DNA of 64,000 bases from Candidatus Pacearchaeota archaeon (GTDB taxonomy: Archaea > Nanobdellota > Nanobdellia > Pacearchaeales > GW2011-AR1). The translations under genes were made by a program, and so were the position numbers. The number at the start of each line of letters is the position of its first letter. The first letter of the stretch is position 1. The notes below the pieces were generated by a model that was not told the origin of the DNA, made no database searches, and was given only the letters and a program-made list of their open reading frames with translations. Where the stretch lies: assembly GCA_018303825.1 (NCBI GenBank), contig JAGVXK010000020.1:8569-72568 (forward strand), read 5' to 3'. Below are positions 26,230 to 35,816 of this stretch, in pieces.

Positions 26230-29200
26230 ATGAAGAAAAAAAGTAAAAAGATAAGAGGTGAAAAGATAATTGTTCTGTTTGAAATCTTGCTGGCAGTATC
26301 TATAGCTATAACAACTTCTTATTTTATTCACGAATCTGCAGTAAGTCTGGTTAATTCGGATTTAAACAATGATGTAAATGACGAAAGCAAAATTGCAGAG
26401 CTTGCAATTGTTCTTGGATTTTTTGGAAAGATAATATTTGGAGAAAAAGGAATTGTTTCTGCTCTTGAATCTAGTGACTTGCAGAATGGAGCATATACCT
26501 GCTTGAAAACAAAAAATAACTCTATATGCCAGGAGTTTCCGGCAAGTGAATGCAACTCTAACTGCCAGGCAAATTGCGTTCCAACTGGAAGAAATTTAGT
26601 ATCTCAATGCCTGATTGGAACCTGCTATGATAAAGATGAAGGGACCTGCTCAACTGGAAGTCCAAAACAAGCTTGCGAAGACCATAGCGGGCAATGGTTT
26701 AGTGACCAATATGGAAATATTCAGGAATGCAAAAAAGGATGCTGCATCCGGGGAGAAAATGCCAACTTTGTTACCGAACAGCAATGCGCTGCATCTGCCG
26801 CAGGGCTTGGAATAGTGAAAAATTTCAAGCCTGAAACAAATAATGAACTTTCCTGCATACAGCAAAGCAAAACACAGGAACAAGGCGCTTGTGTGTTTGA
26901 ATCTGAATTTGAGAATACATGCAAGTTTACGACAAAGGCTAATTGCTTGACTCTTGGAGGAGGATTTTATTCTGGATATCTTTGCTCAACTGCTGAGTTA
27001 CAGACAAATTGCAAACCTCAAGCCACAACTTCCTGCATTAATGAAAAAGATGAAGTATATTGGTTTGACTCCTGCGGGAACAGGGAAAATATATATGATG
27101 CTAATAAAGTCAAGAGCTTTAATAATGGAAAGGTATTGAGCAAGAATGAATCCTGTTCTTTGGGGACATCATCAAATGCATTTTCAAATAAAAATATATG
27201 TGGGAACTGCAATTATCTTCTTGGAAGCACTTGCGGGTTGAAAGAATCAGGAGACAGCATATATGGAAATTCTATATGCAAAGACCTTAGATGTAAAGAT
27301 GAAAATGGAGCAGTAAGACAAAATGGAGAATCCTGGTGCGCATATCAGGGAGCGATAGGGATTGATAAAGGAGTTGGCACAACAAAAGACAAGCAACCCC
27401 TTTTCAGGTCAATTGATGTTGTTGGAAGCAGAAATTTCAGAAAAGTCTGCATCGATGGAGAAGTAAGAATAGACCCCTGCGCAGATTATAGAAATGAAAT
27501 TTGTGTCCAAGCAGATACAAAAGCAGGAAGCAAAACGTTCTCGTCTGCGGCATGCAGAATAAACAGATGGCAGCAGTGCCTTGAATATAACACACAAATT
27601 CAAACTGACAACAATCCAAACGGAATAACAATAGAACAGAGAAACACCAAATGCACGGAAAACTCTGATTGTTTTATTAAATCTGTAAATCTTGGAAAAG
27701 GATTTAGTTTTGGCATGTGCGCTCCAAAATATCCAGAAGGATTTGATTTATCAGATACAAATTCAGGCAGTGGCGCCGAGGCAATATGTTCTTTTGCTTC
27801 TCAGAAATGCACAGAAGTATGGGTCAAAGATGTGGGTGGTAGCTGGGAATGTGTAGCTAATTGTCAATGCCATACGACAAAGTTCTCGGAACAGATGAAC
27901 GATTTATGCATTAGTTTGGGCGATTGCGGAACAAAGGCAAATGTTCGGGGAGAAGTTACATATAATAGCAAAGTTTTTCGAAGTAATAATGTGAAGAAGC
28001 TCGGAAAAGATGTTACATTAAAAGGAAAGGGATGGTTCCCTGCCGATTATGTTTCAGCTTTGAAAAAATATTCAGATTATGAAAATTCACCGAATAAATT
28101 TGCTGCTCCTGGAAATCTAAGCGCTTTCTACGGCTCGCTTGGAATACCTGAAGGATTAGGAAGTGCCCAAACACCAACAGATCCTGCAGCTGCTTTAGGA
28201 AGTATTGGAATGATTGCTGGGATGACTGGAATTTTGCTGGTTGCTCTATCATATACTGGTGTTGCTCTTGGGGCTGGTGCTGCAGCTTTCTTTGCCGGTG
28301 CTGCTTCTGTTACTGGAGCGCATGTCGGAAGTGCCGCTGTAGGTGCTGCTGTAGCAGCCAATCCTGGGATGGTTGCGGCTGGTGGAGCTTTGGCCGGAGC
28401 AGCAATAGGATTCGCGGTTGTTTCTATGCTAATTCAGTTTACAGGAATAGGGGGAGCGATCGGAGAAGAGGGAGCATATGCATTAATGGCTGCTGGAGCA
28501 GTTGCTGGGGCAATTATAGGAGCGAATATTGCTGCAGGTACTTCTGCCCTTGCTGGTATGGGTCCATTAGGAGCTTTTGCCGCCGCAGCTCTGACTTTTG
28601 CGATAGTAATTATAATAGCCGTAGTCGTGTTCATAATCATAGAAGCGATACTTGGAGCAGGGGATATAAAGAAAGTGACATATACTTTCCAATGCCAGCC
28701 ATGGCAGGCTCCGCTTGGTGGAAAAGATTGCAACAAATGCGGAAAAAATGAATTGCCATGCGGAAAATATGAATGCCAAAGTCTTGGACAGACATGCCAA
28801 TTTATCAACGAGGGAACAGGGCAAGAAGCCTGCGTAGATGTAAGTCCAAATGATGTTAGTTCTCCAATTATAAATCCACTTCAATCTGTATTAACGCAAG
28901 GATTTAGTTATAATGATGTAAGTGATTCCGGATTTAAAATAAAGAGCAATGAAAATGATGGCTGCTTGAAATCTTATCAGACATTAATATTTGGAATAGG
29001 GACAAATGAAGCCAGCTATTGCAAATTTGAAGCAAACCATACTGCAAGTTTTGAAGAAATGGAAAGTGATTTGGGGGGAAGCAACTTGTTCTTGATAAAT
29101 CACACACAGATAGTGCAAATACCAAGCTTGGATAGTCTAGGAATTCCAGGATATGATCCTGAAAGAAAAGCAGATTACAGCTTATATTTAAGATGCCAGG

Positions 29201-30294
29201 ATAAATCTGGAAATGCAAATGTGAATGAATATGTTGTGAACTTTTGCATTAAACCTGGAAATGACTTAACACCACCTGTTGTTACAGGACAAGAGCCAAC
29301 ATATAACTGGTTGAAATATAATTCAACGGATATAAAGGCTTCTGTATTCACAAATGAGCCAAGTGATTGCAAATGGGATAAATTAGATACTGGCTATGAG
29401 CAAATGCAGAATAATATGACTTGCAAGAATGGGCTTGATGAGCAAGAGCTTCTTGGATGGAGATGTTCAAGCACATTCCCAATAACAGCAAATGATAATT
29501 CATTTTATGTTAAATGCAAAGATCAACCCTGGCTCATGGACACACCGAGCGGGCAGCAAATAATTGTAGATGATAAGATAAATGCTTCTGAATTAGATAA
29601 TGTTGATCAGGATATATTAAATGCTATCAATAATCCGGCAACAATAAATACAACTGGAAAGCAAAGAAATGCCATGTCTACAAGCTACCTTCTTTCATTC
29701 AAGAGAACGCAAAGCCAATTAAACATAGATTATTTGAAACCAGATAATCAGACTATTGTTTCGGGAGTTGAACCTGTTTCGGTTAAAGTAGAAGTAAAAA
29801 CTTCTGGGGGAGTTGATGGAAAATCAGATTGCCAATATCAGATAAGATCAGAAAGATATCTTCCTTTGACTGGCGATACGTTTGTTCCTCCTAGAGTGAG
29901 CGAGCATAGCATTATTTTGCAGCTATTCAATGGTGAGCACTGGCTTTATGCAAAATGCTGGGATAATGCAGGAAATATCGCGGAGAAAACTACAAGATTT
30001 GGTGTTGAAATTGACACAACTATGCCTATTGTTACAAGAGTTTACAACTCAAATGGATTAAATGTGATTACTGACGAGAATGCTGAATGCACCTATTCCC
30101 CCTCAAATTGCGAGTTCAGCTTTGAAAATGCAACATTGATGGATGGAAGTGAATTAATTCACACAACGAGATTCAATGCCAATTCAATTTACTATGTTAA
30201 ATGCAAAGATAAATATGGGAATGCGCCCGGAGGATGCAGTATAGTTGTAAAGGGAGTTGACTTAAAACCTGAAATTCAAGGAAGTGGAGTATAA
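26230..30294 (+). CDS. Giant (~1354 aa) Cys-rich surface protein: Cys-rich N-half, Gly/Ala-rich hydrophobic core, C-half with repeated Cys-pair modules
   Basis: Track ORF starts at GTG 26194, first ATG 26230 (MKKKSKKIRGEKIIVLFEILLAV). N-half is homologous to 31125-32774 and C-half to 33414-35669. Confidence 0.85.
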   Translation: MKKKSKKIRGEKIIVLFEILLAVSIAITTSYFIHESAVSLVNSDLNNDVNDESKIAELAIVLGFFGKIIFGEKGIVSALESSDLQNGAYTCLKTKNNSICQEFPASECNSNCQANCVPTGRNLVSQCLIGTCYDKDEGTCSTGSPKQACEDHSGQWFSDQYGNIQECKKGCCIRGENANFVTEQQCAASAAGLGIVKNFKPETNNELSCIQQSKTQEQGACVFESEFENTCKFTTKANCLTLGGGFYSGYLCSTAELQTNCKPQATTSCINEKDEVYWFDSCGNRENIYDANKVKSFNNGKVLSKNESCSLGTSSNAFSNKNICGNCNYLLGSTCGLKESGDSIYGNSICKDLRCKDENGAVRQNGESWCAYQGAIGIDKGVGTTKDKQPLFRSIDVVGSRNFRKVCIDGEVRIDPCADYRNEICVQADTKAGSKTFSSAACRINRWQQCLEYNTQIQTDNNPNGITIEQRNTKCTENSDCFIKSVNLGKGFSFGMCAPKYPEGFDLSDTNSGSGAEAICSFASQKCTEVWVKDVGGSWECVANCQCHTTKFSEQMNDLCISLGDCGTKANVRGEVTYNSKVFRSNNVKKLGKDVTLKGKGWFPADYVSALKKYSDYENSPNKFAAPGNLSAFYGSLGIPEGLGSAQTPTDPAAALGSIGMIAGMTGILLVALSYTGVALGAGAAAFFAGAASVTGAHVGSAAVGAAVAANPGMVAAGGALAGAAIGFAVVSMLIQFTGIGGAIGEEGAYALMAAGAVAGAIIGANIAAGTSALAGMGPLGAFAAAALTFAIVIIIAVVVFIIIEAILGAGDIKKVTYTFQCQPWQAPLGGKDCNKCGKNELPCGKYECQSLGQTCQFINEGTGQEACVDVSPNDVSSPIINPLQSVLTQGFSYNDVSDSGFKIKSNENDGCLKSYQTLIFGIGTNEASYCKFEANHTASFEEMESDLGGSNLFLINHTQIVQIPSLDSLGIPGYDPERKADYSLYLRCQDKSGNANVNEYVVNFCIKPGNDLTPPVVTGQEPTYNWLKYNSTDIKASVFTNEPSDCKWDKLDTGYEQMQNNMTCKNGLDEQELLGWRCSSTFPITANDNSFYVKCKDQPWLMDTPSGQQIIVDDKINASELDNVDQDILNAINNPATINTTGKQRNAMSTSYLLSFKRTQSQLNIDYLKPDNQTIVSGVEPVSVKVEVKTSGGVDGKSDCQYQIRSERYLPLTGDTFVPPRVSEHSIILQLFNGEHWLYAKCWDNAGNIAEKTTRFGVEIDTTMPIVTRVYNSNGLNVITDENAECTYSPSNCEFSFENATLMDGSELIHTTRFNANSIYYVKCKDKYGNAPGGCSIVVKGVDLKPEIQGSGV

Positions 30295-31128
30295 ATGACA
30301 AGGAAAATGGAAGAGAGAAATTATTATAAACTAAAAAAACGAGAAACTGGCATGAATGGGGGGGTAAAAGTGAGCAAAAGGGGTCAGATAGCTATCTTTG
30401 TTATAATTGCGATAGTTATCATTGCTGTGATACTTGTGATAATGCTTTATCCTAAAATAAAAATTATCACTGGTGGCACTCCAAGTCCTGAAGAATTTTT
30501 GAAGTCATGCATTGTAAATGATGTTAAAAGTTCTGTTGATTTGCTTGCAAAGCAGGGAGGATATGCAAATCCTGAAGGATTTTATGTTTACAACGACCAA
30601 AAGATAAAATTCTTGTGCTACACAAATGAATATTACAAAACCTGTGTTGTCCAGCAGCCGATGATAGAGACTCATTTTGAGCAGGAAATGGACAGAATCT
30701 TAGAGCCAAAAGCAAGAGATTGTTTAACAAAATTAAAGCAGGAATATGAAAGCAGGGGATATTCTATAACTGGAAATTTTATTGATGCAAAAACAGGCAT
30801 AGAACAGGGAAAAATAAAAGTGATTTTCAATTCACCACTAACAGTAACAAAGGCTTCAACTGAAAGATTTAATGATTTTGAAATAGGTATAGACAGCAAG
30901 ATGTCTGACCTTTTAGCTATTGCGCAAAGCATTGTGGAATTTGAGTCAGTATATGGCGATTCTGAAACTACCGCATATATTCAATACTATCCTGATTTGA
31001 GAATAGAAAAAATAAAATTAAGCGAAGGCACAAAGATTTACAAACTTTCAGATGTAATTACTAAGGAAGAGTTTGTATTTGCTTCAAGAAGCTTATCCTG
31101 GCCTCCAGGATATGGGGTTTCACAATGA
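30295..31128 (+). CDS. Pilin-like protein with class III-type signal (KRGQ + hydrophobic helix); paralog of 25461-26216
   Basis: ...VSKRGQIAIFVIIAIVIIAVILVIML; TAAATG junction with the upstream gene; start may be the internal ATG at 30352. Confidence 0.65.
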   Translation: MTRKMEERNYYKLKKRETGMNGGVKVSKRGQIAIFVIIAIVIIAVILVIMLYPKIKIITGGTPSPEEFLKSCIVNDVKSSVDLLAKQGGYANPEGFYVYNDQKIKFLCYTNEYYKTCVVQQPMIETHFEQEMDRILEPKARDCLTKLKQEYESRGYSITGNFIDAKTGIEQGKIKVIFNSPLTVTKASTERFNDFEIGIDSKMSDLLAIAQSIVEFESVYGDSETTAYIQYYPDLRIEKIKLSEGTKIYKLSDVITKEEFVFASRSLSWPPGYGVSQ

Positions 31129-32774
31129 TGAATATAAACAATAGGAAGAAAAACGATAATATTAACAGCATCAGCAGTTATAGATTAATTATAACTTTAT
31201 CAGTTGTTAGTCTGTTGTTTATTATACTATTAAGCTTTGGTGTGAGTGCGGAAGTAAATGCAACTTCATGCTGTGAAAAAACTACATCAGGATTTTACTG
31301 CCAGAATGCTCCTCAAAATGAGTGCAATGCTAATTTTAGAAATGTTCCGAGCGCCTGTGAATCCACTTCTTATTGTAGATTGGGAACTTGCTATGATTCG
31401 AACAAAGGAACATGCACAGGAAATACTCCTGAAATAGTCTGCAATAAGGAAAGAAATGGGACATGGTTTGAAACTCCCCCGGCTCAATGTAGTTTAGGAT
31501 GCTGTGTTCTCGGGGATCAGGCGGCTTTTGTTTCTCTTGTCAGATGCAAGAAGCTTTCAGCGTCATTTGGATTGCAAACAAATTTTGACAAGACAATAAC
31601 TAATGAAGTTTCCTGCGTATTGAGCGTGCAAAGCCAGGATAAAGGAGCCTGTGTGTTTGAATCCGAATTTGAAAAAACATGCAAGTTTACAACAAGGGCA
31701 GATTGTAGTAATACTGTAAATGAAAATGGAACAAGCGGAGAATTCTTTAAGGGAAAGTTATGCACTGCTCCCGAACTAGGAACAATCTGCGGGAAGACAA
31801 CTGAAACACTTTGCGCCCCAGGAAAAGATGAAGTCTACTTTAAAGACACATGCGGAAATCCTGCAAATATTTATGATTCTTCAAAGATAAATGACGCTGA
31901 TTATTGGGCTAATATAAGAACGAAGTTAGAATCTTGCAATCCTGATAAGGACAATGGAAATTCTAAGAGCTGCGGAAACTGCAATTATCTTCTTGGAAGT
32001 TTCTGCAGAAATAGCAAAGATGCAGGCTCTAGCGCAACCTATGGAAATAACATATGCGCAAATCTGAATTGCAAAAACACGCAAAACGGAAATTCTTACA
32101 GGCATGGAGAATCATGGTGCGTTCAGAATGATGCCGGAACAACAAACCAGGGAGATAATTCTGTAGGAAGCAGATTTTACAAGCATATCTGCATAAATGG
32201 AGAAGAAGTTCTTGAGCAATGCGCTGATTTCAGACAGGAAGAATGCATAGAAGATACAATAAAAACAAATGCTGGAGATTTTTCTCAAGCTGCATGCAGG
32301 GTTAACCGATGGCAGGATTGTTTAGTGCAAACAAGCAAGAGTGATTGCGAGAACACTGATAAGAGGGACTGCTTATGGAAGGAGGGAATTTCACTGAATT
32401 CAACAAAAGCAAGCAAAGACGATGGAGTATGTATTCCTAAGAACACTCCAGGATTGCAATTCTGGGCAAGCACTACCTCCAGCGCTGTTGGAAGCGCAGG
32501 AACAAGTACAAGTGCAATTTCAGGAACAGATGCGCAGGCGGTTTGCGGACAGGCAAATACCAAATGTGTTGTTACTTATGAAAGTGGATTATTCAGTGGA
32601 GAGAAATGCGTTGGGAATTGTGAGTGTCTTACTGATACATGGGCAAAAGAAAGAAACCAGGTTTGTGTTGCATTAGGAGACTGCGGTCCAAAGATAAACT
32701 GGCTGGGACAGCAGGGATATAAACTTGGATTTAACATCACGGTAGGAAAAGTAAAAACAGGAGAAAAGAAATGA
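31125..32774 (+). CDS. Cys-rich secreted/anchored protein, paralog of the N-terminal half of 26230-30294
   Basis: Shared strings GACVFESEFE(N/K)TCKFTT, CGNCNYLLGS, GESWC, AACR(I/V)NRWQ, LGDCG(T/P)K; ATGA overlap on both sides. Confidence 0.85.
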   Translation: MMNINNRKKNDNINSISSYRLIITLSVVSLLFIILLSFGVSAEVNATSCCEKTTSGFYCQNAPQNECNANFRNVPSACESTSYCRLGTCYDSNKGTCTGNTPEIVCNKERNGTWFETPPAQCSLGCCVLGDQAAFVSLVRCKKLSASFGLQTNFDKTITNEVSCVLSVQSQDKGACVFESEFEKTCKFTTRADCSNTVNENGTSGEFFKGKLCTAPELGTICGKTTETLCAPGKDEVYFKDTCGNPANIYDSSKINDADYWANIRTKLESCNPDKDNGNSKSCGNCNYLLGSFCRNSKDAGSSATYGNNICANLNCKNTQNGNSYRHGESWCVQNDAGTTNQGDNSVGSRFYKHICINGEEVLEQCADFRQEECIEDTIKTNAGDFSQAACRVNRWQDCLVQTSKSDCENTDKRDCLWKEGISLNSTKASKDDGVCIPKNTPGLQFWASTTSSAVGSAGTSTSAISGTDAQAVCGQANTKCVVTYESGLFSGEKCVGNCECLTDTWAKERNQVCVALGDCGPKINWLGQQGYKLGFNITVGKVKTGEKK

Positions 32775-33400
32775 GAAAACAATTAATTTCACTTATTGCT
32801 GCGGGTGCTCTTGCTGCAGGATGTGCTACTGAACAGGATTCCCAGAGAGGACTTGGAATGCTGATTGCTGCAGCTATTCCCGGAAATGCTGCTGCGCAAA
32901 TAATCGGTGGGGGATTGATTAGCGGAGCTAATTCACAACAGCAGGGACTTGCAACAGCTCAATATCGAAACCAACAGGCACAACAATATCAACAACAAGT
33001 ACAGCAGTTTGTATCTGGGAATGTTAAGGAAGTTACATTCCAATTAAATGCAAAAAGAGGTGATGAATATGGTATAGGAATAAATACAAAATTAGACATT
33101 GCAAATGGTGTTGGAAGACAATTTAGGTGCGACACTTATTTCTGCTATGAAGATGAAAGTCCGTTAATGGGTGGAAAGGAAGGATTTAGAACAACTGAGG
33201 GAGGGGTAGTTCTCCCTGGAACGATTTTTGAAGTGCCATATCAAATCTCGGAGGTTAATCACTTTATGTTTATGCCAAGTAGCCAGCTGGTAGTTGAAAG
33301 GCCAGGAAAACAGATAATAAGATTTGTTGTTGTCTTAGAAGATATAGCAACCAGAAGAACATTATCTGTCAGCAGACCGAGTTATTTTAGTTATAGATAA
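32771..33400 (+). CDS. Lipoprotein-like protein (lipobox-like LAAGC), Gln-rich linker
   Basis: MRKQLISLIAAGALAAGCATEQ...; present only in the split module, exactly between the N-half and C-half genes. Confidence 0.6.
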   Translation: MRKQLISLIAAGALAAGCATEQDSQRGLGMLIAAAIPGNAAAQIIGGGLISGANSQQQGLATAQYRNQQAQQYQQQVQQFVSGNVKEVTFQLNAKRGDEYGIGINTKLDIANGVGRQFRCDTYFCYEDESPLMGGKEGFRTTEGGVVLPGTIFEVPYQISEVNHFMFMPSSQLVVERPGKQIIRFVVVLEDIATRRTLSVSRPSYFSYR

Positions 33401-33413
33401 AATAAAAAATAAG

Positions 33414-35669
33414 ATGAAAAAGCAAAACGAAAGGAAGGAAATAAGGAAGAAGAAAGCAATTTCAATAGTTGAAATTTTCTTAATGATAAGCGTGAGCTTT
33501 GCCGTTGCATTTTCACTTGGACAAAATTTTGTGAGCGCAGATGTGACATCTTTACTTCCGGTTCCATTGAGCAAAGTTTACAGAGGTGGCCCACTTCCGG
33601 CTCCAACAGGTTCAGCATCAGGAGCCGCATTGGGAGCAGACACTTTTCCACCACAGACAGCTCTTTCACAAGACGGAGTTATTGTGGTTGCCGATAAAAC
33701 TACTGGGGGTGTGTCTCAATTTACATGGGACAATCCAATTAAAAAAATATACAGCGGACAGGCAACGTCTGGAGTTGGTGGTTCTCTTGTTGCAGGTGTA
33801 GCATGGGCAGCAACTGCATATATAGCAGTTAAATTAATAGGAAGTTTTCTTGGATTAAAAGATGGACAGCAGAAAGCATTGGAAAATGCTGCTCTTGCAG
33901 GAGGATTCACGGCAGGATTCTTGAGTAGTGCTGCCACTAACGTTCCAGGATTGTTCGGAGCTGCAACTCCAGGATTGGCTGGAAGCGGGGGAGCACTTAA
34001 TTTTATGACTTTCGGGGGAGGAGTTCCGGCAGGATTAATTATAGCTGCAGCAGTATTCATATTGACATATACAGATGAGAAAAAAGAAGTTGTTACTTAT
34101 TTGTGTCTGCCTTATGAGCCGCCGATAAAAGGAGAGAAATGCGAGCAGTGCAACAAAGACCCTTTCAAGCCTTGCTCTGAATATAGATGCAAGGCTCTTG
34201 GGCAGGCTTGTGAATTAGTTGACAAGGGAACTGGACATGATAAATGCGTCTGGGTGAATAAGTTTGATGTTAAAAGTCCTACAATATCTCCATTGAAATC
34301 AGCTTTGACAACAGGATTAAAATATGACCCTGACAATTCAATAAGGCCCCCAAACAGGGGAGTTAAAATAGTCAATCCATTAAATCAAAATGGCTGTCTG
34401 CAGGCATTTACAAAGTTAACATTTGGAATTACAACAAATACATCTGATGAAAATTCAGAGCCAGCAAGGTGCAAGATTGATTATACAAGAGGCAATTCAA
34501 CAGGGAAAGCAGGATTTGACTCGATGCAGTATTATTTCGGAGGAAGCAATTACTTTGAATACAATCATGTTCAGGAAATGAAACTGCCGAGCCCTAACGC
34601 AACGGGAGTTGACCTTGGACCATTGTTGAAGAATGGAGAGACAGCAACTCTTTATGTTAAATGCATGGATGCAAACGGAAATGTGAATGAAGATGATTTT
34701 GTGTTCACATTCTGCGTTGACAAGGGACCGGACACAACACCCCCAATAATAGAAGCAACTTCAATTAACAATGACGCTTATGTGCAGTACAATGCTGATA
34801 GTGTGCCTATAGATGTTTATGTGAATGAGCCCGCAGAATGCAAGTGGTCCAGAATAGACAAGTCATTTAATGACATGGAAAACAATATGAATTGTGCGAC
34901 AAAGACTTATGAAGTTAACTCGCAGTTGACATATACTTGCTCCGGGAGTTTGACTGGAATAAAGAATGAACAGGATAACATATTCTACTTCAGATGCAAA
35001 GACCAGCCAGGCAAGCCGGAGAATGAAAGATATTCAATGGAGCAAAGCTATGTATTAAATTTGAAAGGCTCAAGACAATTAACATTGATAAGTTTAATTC
35101 CGAATGAGACAATAAGGGGAAATACTGAAGTAGTCCCTGTTACATTGGAAGTTCAAACAGGCGCAGGAGCTGAAGAAGGAAAAGCTGTCTGCTACTTCTC
35201 TTCAACCGGAGATAAAGATTCGTATGTGGCGATGTTTGAAACAGATAACTACATCAGTCGACAAACACTTGACTTGACTGGAAGTCTGGCAGGAATTCCT
35301 TACAAATATTATGTGAGATGCGTTGATGCAGGAGGGAATGCAGCAGAAGGAAGTACAGGATTTACAATATTCGTTGACAAAAACCAGCCAATTGTCACGA
35401 GAGCATATAAAGAAGTTCCAGATGCACTGAAAATAGTTACAAATGAAGATGCACAATGCGTGTATTCTCTTAATTCGTGCAATTATAATTTTGCTGACGG
35501 GAAGCAAATGTTGTACATTGACACAAGTGTATTGAATGTGCACGCAGCAGAATGGAAGAATAATGCTTATTATTATATTAAGTGCAAAGACAAATATGAG
35601 AATCAACCGAGCCCTAATGCTTGCTCGATAGTTGTGAGCGCAATTGAACTAACTCAGAGAAATGCTTAG
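33414..35669 (+). CDS. Membrane/surface protein, paralog of the C-terminal half of 26230-30294 (Gly/Ala-rich hydrophobic region plus repeated Cys-pair modules)
   Basis: Shared strings TPP(V/I)(V/I), NEP(S/A)(D/E)CKW, F(Y)(V/F)(K/R)CKDQP, PIVTR(V/A)Y, YY(V/I)KCKDKY(G/E)N; N-terminus KKKAISIVEIFLMISV. Confidence 0.85.
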   Translation: MKKQNERKEIRKKKAISIVEIFLMISVSFAVAFSLGQNFVSADVTSLLPVPLSKVYRGGPLPAPTGSASGAALGADTFPPQTALSQDGVIVVADKTTGGVSQFTWDNPIKKIYSGQATSGVGGSLVAGVAWAATAYIAVKLIGSFLGLKDGQQKALENAALAGGFTAGFLSSAATNVPGLFGAATPGLAGSGGALNFMTFGGGVPAGLIIAAAVFILTYTDEKKEVVTYLCLPYEPPIKGEKCEQCNKDPFKPCSEYRCKALGQACELVDKGTGHDKCVWVNKFDVKSPTISPLKSALTTGLKYDPDNSIRPPNRGVKIVNPLNQNGCLQAFTKLTFGITTNTSDENSEPARCKIDYTRGNSTGKAGFDSMQYYFGGSNYFEYNHVQEMKLPSPNATGVDLGPLLKNGETATLYVKCMDANGNVNEDDFVFTFCVDKGPDTTPPIIEATSINNDAYVQYNADSVPIDVYVNEPAECKWSRIDKSFNDMENNMNCATKTYEVNSQLTYTCSGSLTGIKNEQDNIFYFRCKDQPGKPENERYSMEQSYVLNLKGSRQLTLISLIPNETIRGNTEVVPVTLEVQTGAGAEEGKAVCYFSSTGDKDSYVAMFETDNYISRQTLDLTGSLAGIPYKYYVRCVDAGGNAAEGSTGFTIFVDKNQPIVTRAYKEVPDALKIVTNEDAQCVYSLNSCNYNFADGKQMLYIDTSVLNVHAAEWKNNAYYYIKCKDKYENQPSPNACSIVVSAIELTQRNA

Positions 35670-35816
35670 GGTGTTTTGTTAAGCTAACTGATAATGACTA
35701 ATTTCATCGTTGATATTTTATTATATTAATTCAAAAGAACTTTCATAGTTTATTAAGGTATTCTGGGTTTTATCACCTTTTAATTTAACAGAACCAAAAA
35801 AAAATAAAGATTTGAA

